Below are positions 10,211 to 20,178 of a stretch of 64,000 nucleotides of DNA, one piece after another (position 1 is the first letter of the stretch; each line of letters begins with the position of its first letter). The position numbers and the translations under genes were made by a program. Under the pieces are notes generated by a model. That model saw only the letters and a list, made by a program, of their open reading frames with translations, had not been told where the DNA came from and did not search any database. The DNA is from a virus (Duplodnaviria; Caudoviricetes), in the IMG/VR virus record IMGVR_UViG_3300032280_000642, positions 64,001 to 128,000 of that record. One strand, written 5' to 3'.

Positions 10211-10968
10211 TGAAGTATTTAAGAAGTTTAAATGAAAGTTATCAAACTAGAGATGTTGAGTATTTCGTTAGAGATCACTTAGCTTATTTACTTGATGACC
10301 AAACTTTTGATGTTAAAGTAGAACTATCTAATAACGAGAGTCCTAGAAAATACCGAATAATGTTATATAAAGTTGGTACTGAAGCGACATTAAAATACAT
10401 AGCAAATGGATTAAAACGAGTTGATGTAGATAGATTTGCTTGGTTTGAGATAAAAGAACATTTTTTACCATTTTTTCACTTTTTTAAAAAGGAATATTCA
10501 GTAACATCATTTTCATTTTTTGATAAGGAAAGTAGTTATCTAACTGTGAAATCAACTGATATAGATGATAAGTTTACTTATAATAGATATATTTATTCAG
10601 TAAATATGGAAATCTATGCAGATACTATTTTAGATTATTTAAAATCATTAGATGCTTCTAAAGAATTAAAAAAATTAGAAGATAACGATAGATTCTCAGT
10701 TTGGAAAAGAAAATCTACCGCTGGAAAATGGAGAGTTTATTATATTTTCTTTAAGAATATAGTTGCAAAAGAAGGTAATCCTTGTAAAGTATTGAAAATG
10801 AATTATGATACCCAATCTTCAGCACATTATAATTTCAATATACAATACAATTATTTTAAATCGATTGTATTTAATTCATTGGATCCACTTTTAGCTAGAA
10901 ATAATATAGACTTTGGTGATTTTAATCGTGCTTGGTATCACATCGAAGAAGAGTATAATAACAGATAA
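10210..10968 (+). CDS. Hypothetical protein with MKYLRSLNE leader
   Basis: 252-aa ORF, translationally coupled to the upstream gene. Confidence 0.7.
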   Translation: MKYLRSLNESYQTRDVEYFVRDHLAYLLDDQTFDVKVELSNNESPRKYRIMLYKVGTEATLKYIANGLKRVDVDRFAWFEIKEHFLPFFHFFKKEYSVTSFSFFDKESSYLTVKSTDIDDKFTYNRYIYSVNMEIYADTILDYLKSLDASKELKKLEDNDRFSVWKRKSTAGKWRVYYIFFKNIVAKEGNPCKVLKMNYDTQSSAHYNFNIQYNYFKSIVFNSLDPLLARNNIDFGDFNRAWYHIEEEYNNR

Positions 10969-11000
10969 CATTTACATTATAGAAATAAAATATATAGAAT

Positions 11001-12482
11001 ATGAAAAACATAAAACAATTCAATAACTTTAATTTAATTAAAGAAGAAGCTGCACCTAGACTTCCTAAATCAGAAGACTATTGGTTAAAAAAAGGTAAAA
11101 AAGGTAAATTTGTTGCACTCTACACTCACGATGACATGGATGGAATTGCTAGCGCGATCGAAGTAAAGAAATACTTACTTAATAAAGGATTTACTATTGA
11201 AAAGTATGGTATTCTTAATTATACAGAAGGTTGGAAATATACAACTTTAGATCCAGAACTTATAAATGTTGTTTTAGATTTCGCTTCTATGCCAGGAGAT
11301 GAAAGAGATGAGTTAGTTGACTATTACTTAGATCATCACGGACTATTCAATGAAGATGATTTAGAAAAATATAAAAACTCACCTGTACAAAAGAAAAAAA
11401 CAGCTTCTGCTTATGAAGCAATTTGTCAAGCACTTGGAGTTCCACAAGATTCTTTAACATTAGATGTTATTGATATGATCGATGCTGCTAAGTATGATCA
11501 GTATGAAGTTTCGTGGCAAAGACTTTTAGATTTTGATTTATCAGAAATTAAAAAATCTAAAAACAAAAGATTAGAATTTGGAGCAGCATTTAATCAGTTT
11601 ATAAAACGTTCAGATTCAAAAACAATTATATCTGTTATAGAGAATTGTCCAGATGCCTCTATTTACTCTATCTTTAATGTAATGAAGAAAGTTTATCCAG
11701 AACATAATGCTATAATGGGTGGACCTAAAAGAGGTCAGAAAAAAGATTTTATCGAAGATTCTGAATGGAGATTAGGTGAAATGCAAAAGAAGACTAGAGG
11801 TTCAATGACTAAAAAAATCACTTATAATACTCAAGGTGAATTTACTACACAATTTAGAAATGGTCAGTATCTTCAAATAGATGGTTATCAAAAGATTGGT
11901 GATTTAGTTTATGTTCCAACTGGAACTTGGGCAAATGCATTAAGAGCCAGAACTATTGTTGAGAAAGATTTTCAAGATGGTATCTTAGATTCAGAACCTA
12001 ATTTTATATTATTACAATATGGTGGAACATTACAGGTTTGTTCATATAAAAATATGGATAAGATTGAAAACTTACCTGTATTAAGAAATGGAGAAGTAGT
12101 TACTGATTTAGGAAAATATATGACTGAATTACTACAAAATTTCCAAAAACATTTAGGTTATCATAATCCTGATACTTCATTAGGACAAGATGAGATTACT
12201 GTTTCTGGTGGTCACGGTGGTATCGGTTCTATTTCAAATGTTTATGGTAAATGTGAATTACCTGCTTATTTGGATTTAAAATATGTTGATATGTTTAAGA
12301 ATAAAATCATTTCTGACTTATCTGGTGTTCCTTTCAATTTAGGTTTAAAGTGGAGTGAACCTGCAGAACCTTTTCATCCAAAAGAGCCAGCAATGGATAA
12401 CAAAGTAATTGCGACGAAGGATGTTACTAAGTTAGATAAACAAGGTAATTTAATAAAAAACTTTGAAAGTTTTAAAAAATAA
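11001..12482 (+). CDS. DHH-family phosphoesterase with N-terminal leader motif
   Basis: HDDMDG, VLDF, LDHH and C-terminal GGH motifs. Confidence 0.75.
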   Translation: MKNIKQFNNFNLIKEEAAPRLPKSEDYWLKKGKKGKFVALYTHDDMDGIASAIEVKKYLLNKGFTIEKYGILNYTEGWKYTTLDPELINVVLDFASMPGDERDELVDYYLDHHGLFNEDDLEKYKNSPVQKKKTASAYEAICQALGVPQDSLTLDVIDMIDAAKYDQYEVSWQRLLDFDLSEIKKSKNKRLEFGAAFNQFIKRSDSKTIISVIENCPDASIYSIFNVMKKVYPEHNAIMGGPKRGQKKDFIEDSEWRLGEMQKKTRGSMTKKITYNTQGEFTTQFRNGQYLQIDGYQKIGDLVYVPTGTWANALRARTIVEKDFQDGILDSEPNFILLQYGGTLQVCSYKNMDKIENLPVLRNGEVVTDLGKYMTELLQNFQKHLGYHNPDTSLGQDEITVSGGHGGIGSISNVYGKCELPAYLDLKYVDMFKNKIISDLSGVPFNLGLKWSEPAEPFHPKEPAMDNKVIATKDVTKLDKQGNLIKNFESFKK

Positions 12483-12485
12483 AGT

Positions 12486-12515
12486 AAAAATCCATATTTA
12501 TAATATGGATTTTTT
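12486..12515 (+). terminator. Intrinsic terminator
   Basis: AAAAATCCATATT-TAT-AATATGGATTTTTT. Confidence 0.7.
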
Positions 12516-12546
12516 ATTTTGTGTTTATATAATAAATATATAGTGT

Positions 12547-13524
12547 ATGAAAATACTATATGGAATACAACTAACAGGAAATGGACATATAACAAGGTCT
12601 ATTAAAATAATTACTGCTTTAAAATCAGCAGGATTTGATGTAGATATTATTACATCTGGTTCTAACTCACAATTAGAATTACCTTTTAAAATTAAAAAAC
12701 AATTTGAGGGATTATCATTCTTCTATAATAAGAAAGGTGGTATAGATTGGATAAAAACTTTATTATCAATTAAATTAAAAAAATTCCTATCAGATTTAAA
12801 ATATGATGTGAGTGTGTATGACTTAATCATATCAGATTTTGAACCAGTTTCTGCTTGGTCTGCTAGAAAATCTAATAAAAAATCTATTGGTATTGGTAAT
12901 CAATATTCATTTAGATCTAAAAAAACACCCAGACCTTTCTTCAAAGATATATTTTCAGAATTATTTATTAAATGGTTTGCACCGTGTAAAGAGTATATTG
13001 GTATAAACTATGAAAGATATGATGACTTTATTACTTTACCAATTATCAATGATGATTTAGTAAATAAAAAAGTAACTAATAATAATTTTTATTTAGTTTA
13101 TCTACCATCAATGTCTTCTGATTTTATATCTGAACAAATCAATAATTATGGTATTGGTAATTGGAAAGTTTATTCACCAGATATTAAGAAAGATAACAGT
13201 AGTGGTATTGTAAAATTAAAAAGATTAAACAAAAAAAGTTTTACTAAAGATTTGCTAAGTTGTAGAGGTGTTATTACGGCATCGGGTTTTTCCACAACCT
13301 CTGAAGCACTAGTATTAGGTAAGAAATTATGGTCAATTCCAATTAAGGGACAATATGAACAAATGTGTAATGCCAAAGCACTTAAAAATATGGGTGTATT
13401 TACAAAAGATTTAAACAGTAGAACAATATTTGAGTGGATATTTGGATATAAAAACATTGAATATATTTGGTTTAATCCAATAGATAAAATCATAAAAAAA
13501 ATTAGTGATTATGCAAAAAATTAA
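12547..13524 (+). CDS. GT-B glycosyltransferase (GT28-like, MJ1255/VC2487 type)
   Basis: MKILYGIQLTGNGHITR, ISDFEP and TASGFSTTSEALVLGK..IPIKGQYEQ motifs. Confidence 0.85.
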   Translation: MKILYGIQLTGNGHITRSIKIITALKSAGFDVDIITSGSNSQLELPFKIKKQFEGLSFFYNKKGGIDWIKTLLSIKLKKFLSDLKYDVSVYDLIISDFEPVSAWSARKSNKKSIGIGNQYSFRSKKTPRPFFKDIFSELFIKWFAPCKEYIGINYERYDDFITLPIINDDLVNKKVTNNNFYLVYLPSMSSDFISEQINNYGIGNWKVYSPDIKKDNSSGIVKLKRLNKKSFTKDLLSCRGVITASGFSTTSEALVLGKKLWSIPIKGQYEQMCNAKALKNMGVFTKDLNSRTIFEWIFGYKNIEYIWFNPIDKIIKKISDYAKN

Positions 13525-14254
13525 AACTTTGTTTATATCAGATGTTCACTTAGGAACTAAAAAATCACAAGCAAATAAACTTTTAGATGTTTTAAAAGAA
13601 TATGAATTTGATAATTTAATAATTATTGGTGATTTTATAGATTTAACTTCTTTAAAGAAAAAATTTTATTGGAATGAAGATCACTCAACTGTTATACAAA
13701 AGATACTTAGATTATCAAGAAAAGGAGTCAATGTTGTTTATTTGTTAGGAAATCACGATCATTTTTTAAGAGGTCTAATAAAAGAAGAACAATTTGATAT
13801 AAATCTAGGAAATATTCTAATTTGTGATGAGTACCAATATGAAACTTCTAAGGGAGAAAAGATTTTTATTTGCCATGGAGACCAATTCGATGGATTTATA
13901 AGATTACATCCATTTCTATATGTATTAGGTGATTTTGCATATGAGTTAAGTTTTAAAATAAATAAAGTTTATAATAAGTTTAGAAGAGTATTTGGCTTAG
14001 ATTATTGGTCTTTATCAAAATACTTGAAATCAAAAGTAAAAGATGCAATCGCATTTGTAAATGACTTTAAATATTTATCAATTAAAAAACTACAAGAAAC
14101 TGAATGTCATTCTATAATGATTGGACATATTCACACACCAGCAATAGAAAAGATAGATGATAAGAATTACTATAACACAGGCGACTGGTGTGAATCTTGT
14201 TCTTTTTTATATGAGGATTTAGATGGAAATATAAAATTAATTATACTTGACTAA
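13511..14254 (+). CDS. LpxH-like (UDP-2,3-diacylglucosamine hydrolase-like) metallophosphoesterase
   Basis: SDVHLG, GDFID, GNHD, HGDQFD, GHIH and NTGDW motifs; overlaps the GT gene. Confidence 0.8.
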   Translation: MQKIKTLFISDVHLGTKKSQANKLLDVLKEYEFDNLIIIGDFIDLTSLKKKFYWNEDHSTVIQKILRLSRKGVNVVYLLGNHDHFLRGLIKEEQFDINLGNILICDEYQYETSKGEKIFICHGDQFDGFIRLHPFLYVLGDFAYELSFKINKVYNKFRRVFGLDYWSLSKYLKSKVKDAIAFVNDFKYLSIKKLQETECHSIMIGHIHTPAIEKIDDKNYYNTGDWCESCSFLYEDLDGNIKLIILD

Positions 14255-14280
14255 CAACTTATTTATTTTTAGTTCTATAA
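14255..14280 (+). promoter_or_regulatory. Putative middle-class promoter AAC-N17-TATAA
   Basis: CAAC-17 nt-TATAA, the same geometry seen before polB, dinG-like and helicase genes. Confidence 0.5.
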
Positions 14281-14299
14281 TTAAAAAAATATATTTATA

Positions 14300-14716
14300 A
14301 TGATAGAAAACGGTAAAGTTGTTAGTGTACATTATGTTGGTAAATTTACTGACGGTGAAGTATTTGACAGTTCAGAAGGAAGAGAACCTCTTCAGTTTCA
14401 AGTAGGATCAGGGCAGTTAATTGCCGGATTTGAAAGTGCAATCATAGGTAAAGTTGTTGGTGATAAAGTTACCGCAAACATTGCTCCAGAAGAAGGTTAT
14501 GGTTTAGTTAGAGAAGACCTTATTGTAAGTGTTCCTCTTGACAAAATGCCAGGTGAAGTTGAAGTTGGTCAAGCTTTAGAAGCACAAGGCGAAAACGGTC
14601 AATCTGCGCAAGTTTTTGTTAAAGAAGTAAATGAAGATAATGTAGTTATCGACGGAAACCATCCTTTAGCAGGTAAAGATCTTGTATTTGAGATTGAAGT
14701 TGTTGAAATTCAATAA
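14300..14716 (+). CDS. slyD: FKBP-type peptidyl-prolyl isomerase (SlyD-like, no His-rich tail)
   Basis: VSVHYVG..DGEVFDSS..PLQF..G.GQLIAGFE...IDGNHPLAGKDLVFEIEV. Confidence 0.9.
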   Translation: MIENGKVVSVHYVGKFTDGEVFDSSEGREPLQFQVGSGQLIAGFESAIIGKVVGDKVTANIAPEEGYGLVREDLIVSVPLDKMPGEVEVGQALEAQGENGQSAQVFVKEVNEDNVVIDGNHPLAGKDLVFEIEVVEIQ

Positions 14717-14717
14717 T

Positions 14718-14743
14718 AAAAACCCACTTTAAGTGGGTTTTTT
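14718..14743 (+). terminator. Intrinsic terminator
   Basis: AAAAACCCACTTTAAGTGGGTTTTTT. Confidence 0.8.
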
Positions 14744-14767
14744 ATTTTCTCATTTAATATATAGATA

Positions 14768-15472
14768 ATGAGAAAAATATATTTACTACTACTTTTTATT
14801 ACAAGTCATTCTTTTGCACAAAAAGAACTTAATTTGGATAATAATTTAACTTGTAATACTGTTCAAGCAGATAATACTATTAGAAGTGTTGCATTTAATT
14901 ATATTGGTGACAATACCCTTACACTTAAAAACTTTGATATTAATTCAAACACTAACTATACCTATTTAACGGATAAACAAAATGAGTTATTACAAAGATT
15001 TAATGTAATGTACAAGTTTCCAGAAAAAAAAATTGACGATTACTCATTTTTTACTTATCAATTTAATTCCTCTTTAATTAGAAAGATTGATCAAGATCAT
15101 TGGTTTGGATTAGGTTATGGTTTTAAAAAGAAAATAGATTCCACTCTTGCGGTATCAACATCCTATGCTATAATATTTCAAGATATACTTTGGAGTTCTG
15201 GTGAAAATAAAACCTTTTTTAGACATTCTTTAAGAGGCAAAGTTAAACTAACCAAAAATAACTTTGAAATAGTATCTGAATATTTTTATCAACCAAATAT
15301 TCAATACTTTGACGAGTATATTATTATTGGTACTACAAAACTTGTAATACTGCCCAAAAATAAACTTAACTTTATTGTACAGGATGTAGTAAACTATAAC
15401 TCTACTACAGAGGTTAAATTACTACATACAATAAGTTTAGGTATTCAATATAAGTTCAACAAGAAATTTTAA
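14768..15472 (+). CDS. Putative outer-membrane beta-barrel protein (DUF481-like)
   Basis: Sec signal peptide MRKIYLLLLFITSHSFA-Q, alternating amphipathic strands, EYFYQP, terminal strand ISLGIQYKF. Confidence 0.65.
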   Translation: MRKIYLLLLFITSHSFAQKELNLDNNLTCNTVQADNTIRSVAFNYIGDNTLTLKNFDINSNTNYTYLTDKQNELLQRFNVMYKFPEKKIDDYSFFTYQFNSSLIRKIDQDHWFGLGYGFKKKIDSTLAVSTSYAIIFQDILWSSGENKTFFRHSLRGKVKLTKNNFEIVSEYFYQPNIQYFDEYIIIGTTKLVILPKNKLNFIVQDVVNYNSTTEVKLLHTISLGIQYKFNKKF

Positions 15473-15482
15473 TATATAGTTA

Positions 15483-16892
15483 ATGAAATATATTAAACTA
15501 AATGAAAATATCGCATTAGCTAAATCTATTCTTAGAAAGAATGGTATAGCAGAAGATAATGAAGACTATCTTAAAATAAGAGAAATGGTTGGTACTGCAT
15601 TTAGTTATGTTGGTATTTTAACAAGACTTAGATTTGTTGATAATGTAACCGATATGGAAGAGCTGAAGTCAATCTTTGAAGTTTTAAAGAATTCTAAACT
15701 TGACTTAGGAAAACTTAATAAAATGTCATACGATCAGATCTTAGACACTTTCTATGATCAAATGACTTCTCCTTCAAAACAAGATTATGAATTGATTTAC
15801 AAAGATAATTCATACTCATTTTTTAGAGTTTATACTTATAAAGGAATTTTAGAAATTGGTTCTCCTGCTTGGTGTTTAAAAACTAAAAGTAATTGGGATA
15901 ACTATCAATCTAAATATCCAGAACAATGGGTTGTCATTGATAATAGATATGTTAAAAATATAGTTACACCCAACAATAATTATTTTACTAATGCTTATAG
16001 AAATACTAGTAAAACCTGGGTTAGATTTGGTATAAGTTTTAAACGTAATGCAGATGGTACTACTAATTGGCTCGCACATGATGATAATGATGGTAAATGT
16101 GAATTAAAACCTGATAATCATACTTTCTATGGTGTTCTCTTTACTACACTTAATTTAAGTCATGGTATTAAAAAATCATTCTATCAAAGTTTTACTGATG
16201 ATACTAAGTTAGTTAAAGATGGTATACTTAAAATAATACCTGGTCAAGATTATGTTTGGAAAAGACTAGGAGTTAAACCACCACAAAATACTAATGAAGG
16301 TGATGAAAATTACTTATTTCTATCTAAGTCATATTCATTTGTACCAATTGTATTAAGAATAAGAGAAAGAAGTTTTCCTTGTTTGAGGATTTTTAACAAT
16401 AATCGAAAAGTAATGCACTTATTTAGTATGGGTGCTGATGGATTTGCAACAAAGGCTCTTAACGATTATGCTCAAAAACCTCAAAATGTTAGTTACTCTG
16501 GAATAAGATTGAAATTAGGTTTAACCACGGTAGATGAATTAAAGAAAGATGAAGATTTTGTTTTACAAGTTGGTAAGTGGTTAGTTTTTCACTGGAATAA
16601 AGATTATTTCATTGCAATTGATTCTGAACCTGGTGAATATGTTTTACCGGTAATGGATCTAGCCGGAAACGAGTACTGGACCAATCATGATAGTGAAAGA
16701 GAATTACTACCTATGTTTTATTATATAGATAAAGAAAAAATATCTAATTCAGAAGTAAAGTTAGATACACCTGAAAGTAAAGAGATATTAAGACAATTAA
16801 GTGGTAAAAAACCAACACCAGAACCGGAACCAGAGAGACCACAAGAAGAAGAGAAACCAGGTTTCATAAAAAGATTTTTTGGATTCAAATGA
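15483..16892 (+). CDS. Hypothetical virion-internal-type protein (leader MKYIKLNEN; GSPAWCL motif)
   Basis: Late promoter 4 nt before the ATG; N-terminal domain similar to 50180..52255. Confidence 0.7.
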   Translation: MKYIKLNENIALAKSILRKNGIAEDNEDYLKIREMVGTAFSYVGILTRLRFVDNVTDMEELKSIFEVLKNSKLDLGKLNKMSYDQILDTFYDQMTSPSKQDYELIYKDNSYSFFRVYTYKGILEIGSPAWCLKTKSNWDNYQSKYPEQWVVIDNRYVKNIVTPNNNYFTNAYRNTSKTWVRFGISFKRNADGTTNWLAHDDNDGKCELKPDNHTFYGVLFTTLNLSHGIKKSFYQSFTDDTKLVKDGILKIIPGQDYVWKRLGVKPPQNTNEGDENYLFLSKSYSFVPIVLRIRERSFPCLRIFNNNRKVMHLFSMGADGFATKALNDYAQKPQNVSYSGIRLKLGLTTVDELKKDEDFVLQVGKWLVFHWNKDYFIAIDSEPGEYVLPVMDLAGNEYWTNHDSERELLPMFYYIDKEKISNSEVKLDTPESKEILRQLSGKKPTPEPEPERPQEEEKPGFIKRFFGFK

Positions 16893-17518
16893 GACATTTA
16901 AGAAAGTTTAATGAAAATTTTTATCAAGACGAACTAGTATATAGTTTGGCTTATTTCAATGATAAATATGGAGATCCAACTATACAAACTCAAAAGTATA
17001 GTAATTCCGAAATGATTACTTTAACTTGGAATATAGGTGTAGATTTATCTACATTTGAGGATGCAGGTAAATCTTTAGAGAAGTTACAAGAATTGGCAGT
17101 CGATATGGATCACATACTTACTGTAAAAGATAGATATAAAGATTATAACTTCTATACTTCAATAACAAGTAAATTAAAATTAAAGATTATACCTAAAGAA
17201 GTAAATGCAACAGATTATAGTTTTATAATCGGACAAGATTGGAGAGAAGTTAAATTAAACATAAGTGAAATTGAAAGATTTTTTAATACTAAAGATATAA
17301 CAATAGCTAATTCAATTATTGAAGATAATGAAGGTTGGGACCAATCTACAGTTGTAATAACTCTTAATAAACCAATTGGAAATGATATATTCAATGAGTT
17401 TGGAAGATTGTTTGAAGAAGAGTATGAAAAAATAGATAGAAATATAAATTTAAGACTACGTGGTAGTACTACTATTTCAGTTGAACCAGAAGACGAAAAA
17501 ACATATGTAACTTATTAA
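16889..17518 (+). CDS. Hypothetical protein with MRHLRKFNE leader
   Basis: ATGA overlap with the upstream gene. Confidence 0.7.
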   Translation: MRHLRKFNENFYQDELVYSLAYFNDKYGDPTIQTQKYSNSEMITLTWNIGVDLSTFEDAGKSLEKLQELAVDMDHILTVKDRYKDYNFYTSITSKLKLKIIPKEVNATDYSFIIGQDWREVKLNISEIERFFNTKDITIANSIIEDNEGWDQSTVVITLNKPIGNDIFNEFGRLFEEEYEKIDRNINLRLRGSTTISVEPEDEKTYVTY

Positions 17519-17997
17519 TGAGATATTTGAAACTATTTGAAGAGTTAGATTTCTTACCAAAGAAAATATACTATACTAAAGATGAAGGTGATTCACTTAT
17601 AGTTTACACATTTGATTTTGGTGATTATACTTACTTATGTGAGTTTAGTAAGATTAGTGGTGATATGTGGAGAAGAGATTTCCACACAATGGAAGAAGGA
17701 TTCGAGACTGTAAATGTAGGTGGTAAAAACGCACTTGATACTTATGCTTATATAACTAAAATAACTGAGGATTTTTTAAATGAATATAACCCTGACTTAC
17801 TAATTTTATTTCATACTTCAAGATCACGATTTAATGTAAATTGGAGTTATATGCAAAATATGAAGATTAGTGATGATTATGAAATTAAACCTCTTCAAAA
17901 TCCACCATTCAATACTGATATGAAAACAGTTGTTGTTAAAAAATATTTAGAGGACTTAATATATAGTGATGTAATAAAAAACGAAAAAGATAAGTAA
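17518..17997 (+). CDS. Hypothetical protein with MRYLKLFEE leader
   Basis: TAATG coupling. Confidence 0.7.
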   Translation: MRYLKLFEELDFLPKKIYYTKDEGDSLIVYTFDFGDYTYLCEFSKISGDMWRRDFHTMEEGFETVNVGGKNALDTYAYITKITEDFLNEYNPDLLILFHTSRSRFNVNWSYMQNMKISDDYEIKPLQNPPFNTDMKTVVVKKYLEDLIYSDVIKNEKDK

Positions 17998-18749
17998 TGA
18001 AACATTTAAAAAGATTTAATGAAGAATTAAGTCCAAGTACTTACCGTAGTGCTGCTTGGAAATTAGGTAATATGGCACGCAAAACCGGTAATAACGAGTT
18101 TAAAACAAGATCTAATAATCTTAGAGACTATGCCGAGAATAAATCTTGGCAGGAGAATATTAAAGAGTATTCAAAGTTTGGTAAAACTACTGTGACTACT
18201 CAATATAATAAAAAGGGAGATACTGTTACAGGTGACTTCTATTTAAACTTTTTATTTGACGATTATGCTTATGAAGATATGGTACAAGATTACTTAGCAG
18301 AAGAAAAACTTAATGTTGTATTCTCAGTAGGTTTAATTCCAGTTGATATAGAAACAAAAGAAAAATTTCAAAATGTTATACCAGAAGGTGATTTTGACAA
18401 TGGATTCTTTTGGGGATTATGGACCGAAGTAGAATTTGAAGATAAAGGAGAAGGTTTACAATTTTCAAAAGTGTCTGTTTCTAGTTATGATTTTCATATA
18501 ACTGGTAAAATATCATTTTCTAGATCATTATGTGGTGCCATTAAAAGACATTTATTAGCTTGTTTTACAGAAGATAGTGGATATGAACAAAATGGAAGAC
18601 CTACATATAAAATATTAGAAGAAGAAGTTTTAATAAAATCTGGAGCTTCATTAAAATATGGAGTTGCAATGCAAGATTTACAAGAATTTATTAAAGAAAT
18701 TACACCAAATACAATAATGAGTTCAGTTGATGATAACCAAACTTGGTAA
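17997..18749 (+). CDS. Hypothetical protein with MKHLKRFNEE leader
   Basis: TAATG coupling; followed by a terminator. Confidence 0.7.
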   Translation: MKHLKRFNEELSPSTYRSAAWKLGNMARKTGNNEFKTRSNNLRDYAENKSWQENIKEYSKFGKTTVTTQYNKKGDTVTGDFYLNFLFDDYAYEDMVQDYLAEEKLNVVFSVGLIPVDIETKEKFQNVIPEGDFDNGFFWGLWTEVEFEDKGEGLQFSKVSVSSYDFHITGKISFSRSLCGAIKRHLLACFTEDSGYEQNGRPTYKILEEEVLIKSGASLKYGVAMQDLQEFIKEITPNTIMSSVDDNQTW

Positions 18750-18754
18750 AAAAT

Positions 18755-18782
18755 AAAAACCCACTTAAATAGTGGGTTTTTT
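18755..18782. terminator. Bidirectional intrinsic terminator
   Basis: AAAAACCCACT-TAAAT-AGTGGGTTTTTT between convergent genes. Confidence 0.8.
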
Positions 18783-19029
18783 ATCTTACATATGTTTTAA
18801 CTATTTCAATAGTATCATTATGAAATCCTTCAAACAAATCTCGTCTGTTTAGTTTAGAACGAGAAACTCCTAAGTCGTCACCAGTATAGTATGTATATAA
18901 CTTACCTAGGTTGACGAAATGTTCCAACCGACCTGATAACTTCCAACGAACACATATTATAGTATTACTTCTCATATTCTCTTTCTTCCCAAAGTTCACC
19001 AACACCCAATACTCTATGTTGAACTCCAT
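18781..19029 (-). CDS. Small hypothetical protein (true start probably at MRSNT, ~18975)
   Basis: Follows the phosphoesterase and ends at the terminator. Confidence 0.55.
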   Translation of the reverse strand: MEFNIEYWVLVNFGKKENMRSNTIICVRWKLSGRLEHFVNLGKLYTYYTGDDLGVSRSKLNRRDLFEGFHNDTIEIVKTYVR

Positions 19030-19717
19030 CTATAGTTGTTACATCACTTCTGTGGAAGTGTCCATAATAGTGATGTGTTATATCATTATACATTTTAATA
19101 GTTTGAAAGGCCATAGTAATCTTTCTTCTTTCATCCAACAAATCTAGTTTTAACTCAGGATCTGCTGCGATAAATTGACCTACAAAACTACCAAATCCAT
19201 TACTATTGTCTGGAATACAGTAATCCGGTGCATTGTGAGTAACAACAACATTAATATTACGTAAGTCAACTAACTTATCATCTTCCCAATTAAAGATTTC
19301 ATCTGGCCACCAACTTTCGTTCATGCCTTTGATGTCAAATCGACCAATGGCTTGATTTTTAGTTTTTCGCATTCTACGATCAATACTTACTGCACCACCA
19401 ATACATAAAATATTTTTACCTTCTAAGTTAAGAACAGTATAATCTTTTAGTAGTTTAATGTTAGTAAATCCAAATGGATCATTATCAAAGTAAGGCTTAT
19501 AATCATGATTACCACGAATAGCATAAACAAATACATTACGTTTAACAAGTTCGTTATGTACAAATTCCAAAGTACGTTTTTCTTTAACAAGAGTTGTAAA
19601 TCCCACACCAAAGTCACCCACTTGAATTATGTGTGCGTCCTTAATATCATATCGTTTAAGATATTGATTTATTAATTCAAAGTTTCCGTGTATGTCTCCT
19701 AAGTATAAAATTCTCAT
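18965..19717 (-). CDS. Calcineurin-like metallophosphoesterase
   Basis: GDIHG, GDFG, GNHD, THNAP and GHFH motifs. Confidence 0.85.
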   Translation of the reverse strand: MRILYLGDIHGNFELINQYLKRYDIKDAHIIQVGDFGVGFTTLVKEKRTLEFVHNELVKRNVFVYAIRGNHDYKPYFDNDPFGFTNIKLLKDYTVLNLEGKNILCIGGAVSIDRRMRKTKNQAIGRFDIKGMNESWWPDEIFNWEDDKLVDLRNINVVVTHNAPDYCIPDNSNGFGSFVGQFIAADPELKLDLLDERRKITMAFQTIKMYNDITHHYYGHFHRSDVTTIDGVQHRVLGVGELWEEREYEK

Positions 19718-19721
19718 AATG

Positions 19722-19751
19722 CAAATATATAATTTTATTTTGTAAAAACAA
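19722..19751 (-). promoter_or_regulatory. Bacteroidota-type housekeeping (early) promoter
   Basis: On the minus strand: TTG-N19-TATATTTG, 4 nt before the ATG. Confidence 0.6.
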
Positions 19752-19806
19752 CAATAAACTTATAATATTTAATATATATAAGGTTGTAAAAATATAGCAA
19801 AAAATA

Positions 19807-20178
19807 ATGGAACATAAAGAAGATTCAGTAACTCTGAAGTTTTTAAAAGATACTCTTAAAAAAGGAACTGACTTTGCACAAGAGTTTTGGGAAGGTACAA
19901 AACGTGAGGCTGCTGAAACTAAAATATCAATTTTAATCATTAGAAAAATGATTCAGGATAAAGAAGTAACAGATGGTGAAATTAAGTTCTTAAAAGAACA
20001 CTCAATGGATTTGGTTAGACTTGTTCCATTAGTTTTAATCTCTGGAATTCCTATTCCAGTTCCTATTACACCATTATTGATTGCATTAGGTAAAAAATAC
20101 GGATTTGACTTTCTTCCAAAAGATAATAGACATCACTTAACAGATACTAAAGTTAAAGGTAAAGAAAGAGAAATTTAA
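19807..20178 (+). CDS. Small membrane protein, LETM1-like segment
   Basis: FLKEHSMDLVRLVPLVLISGIPIPVPITPLLI hydrophobic hairpin resembles the LETM1 DLxRLVP motif. Confidence 0.45.
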   Translation: MEHKEDSVTLKFLKDTLKKGTDFAQEFWEGTKREAAETKISILIIRKMIQDKEVTDGEIKFLKEHSMDLVRLVPLVLISGIPIPVPITPLLIALGKKYGFDFLPKDNRHHLTDTKVKGKEREI

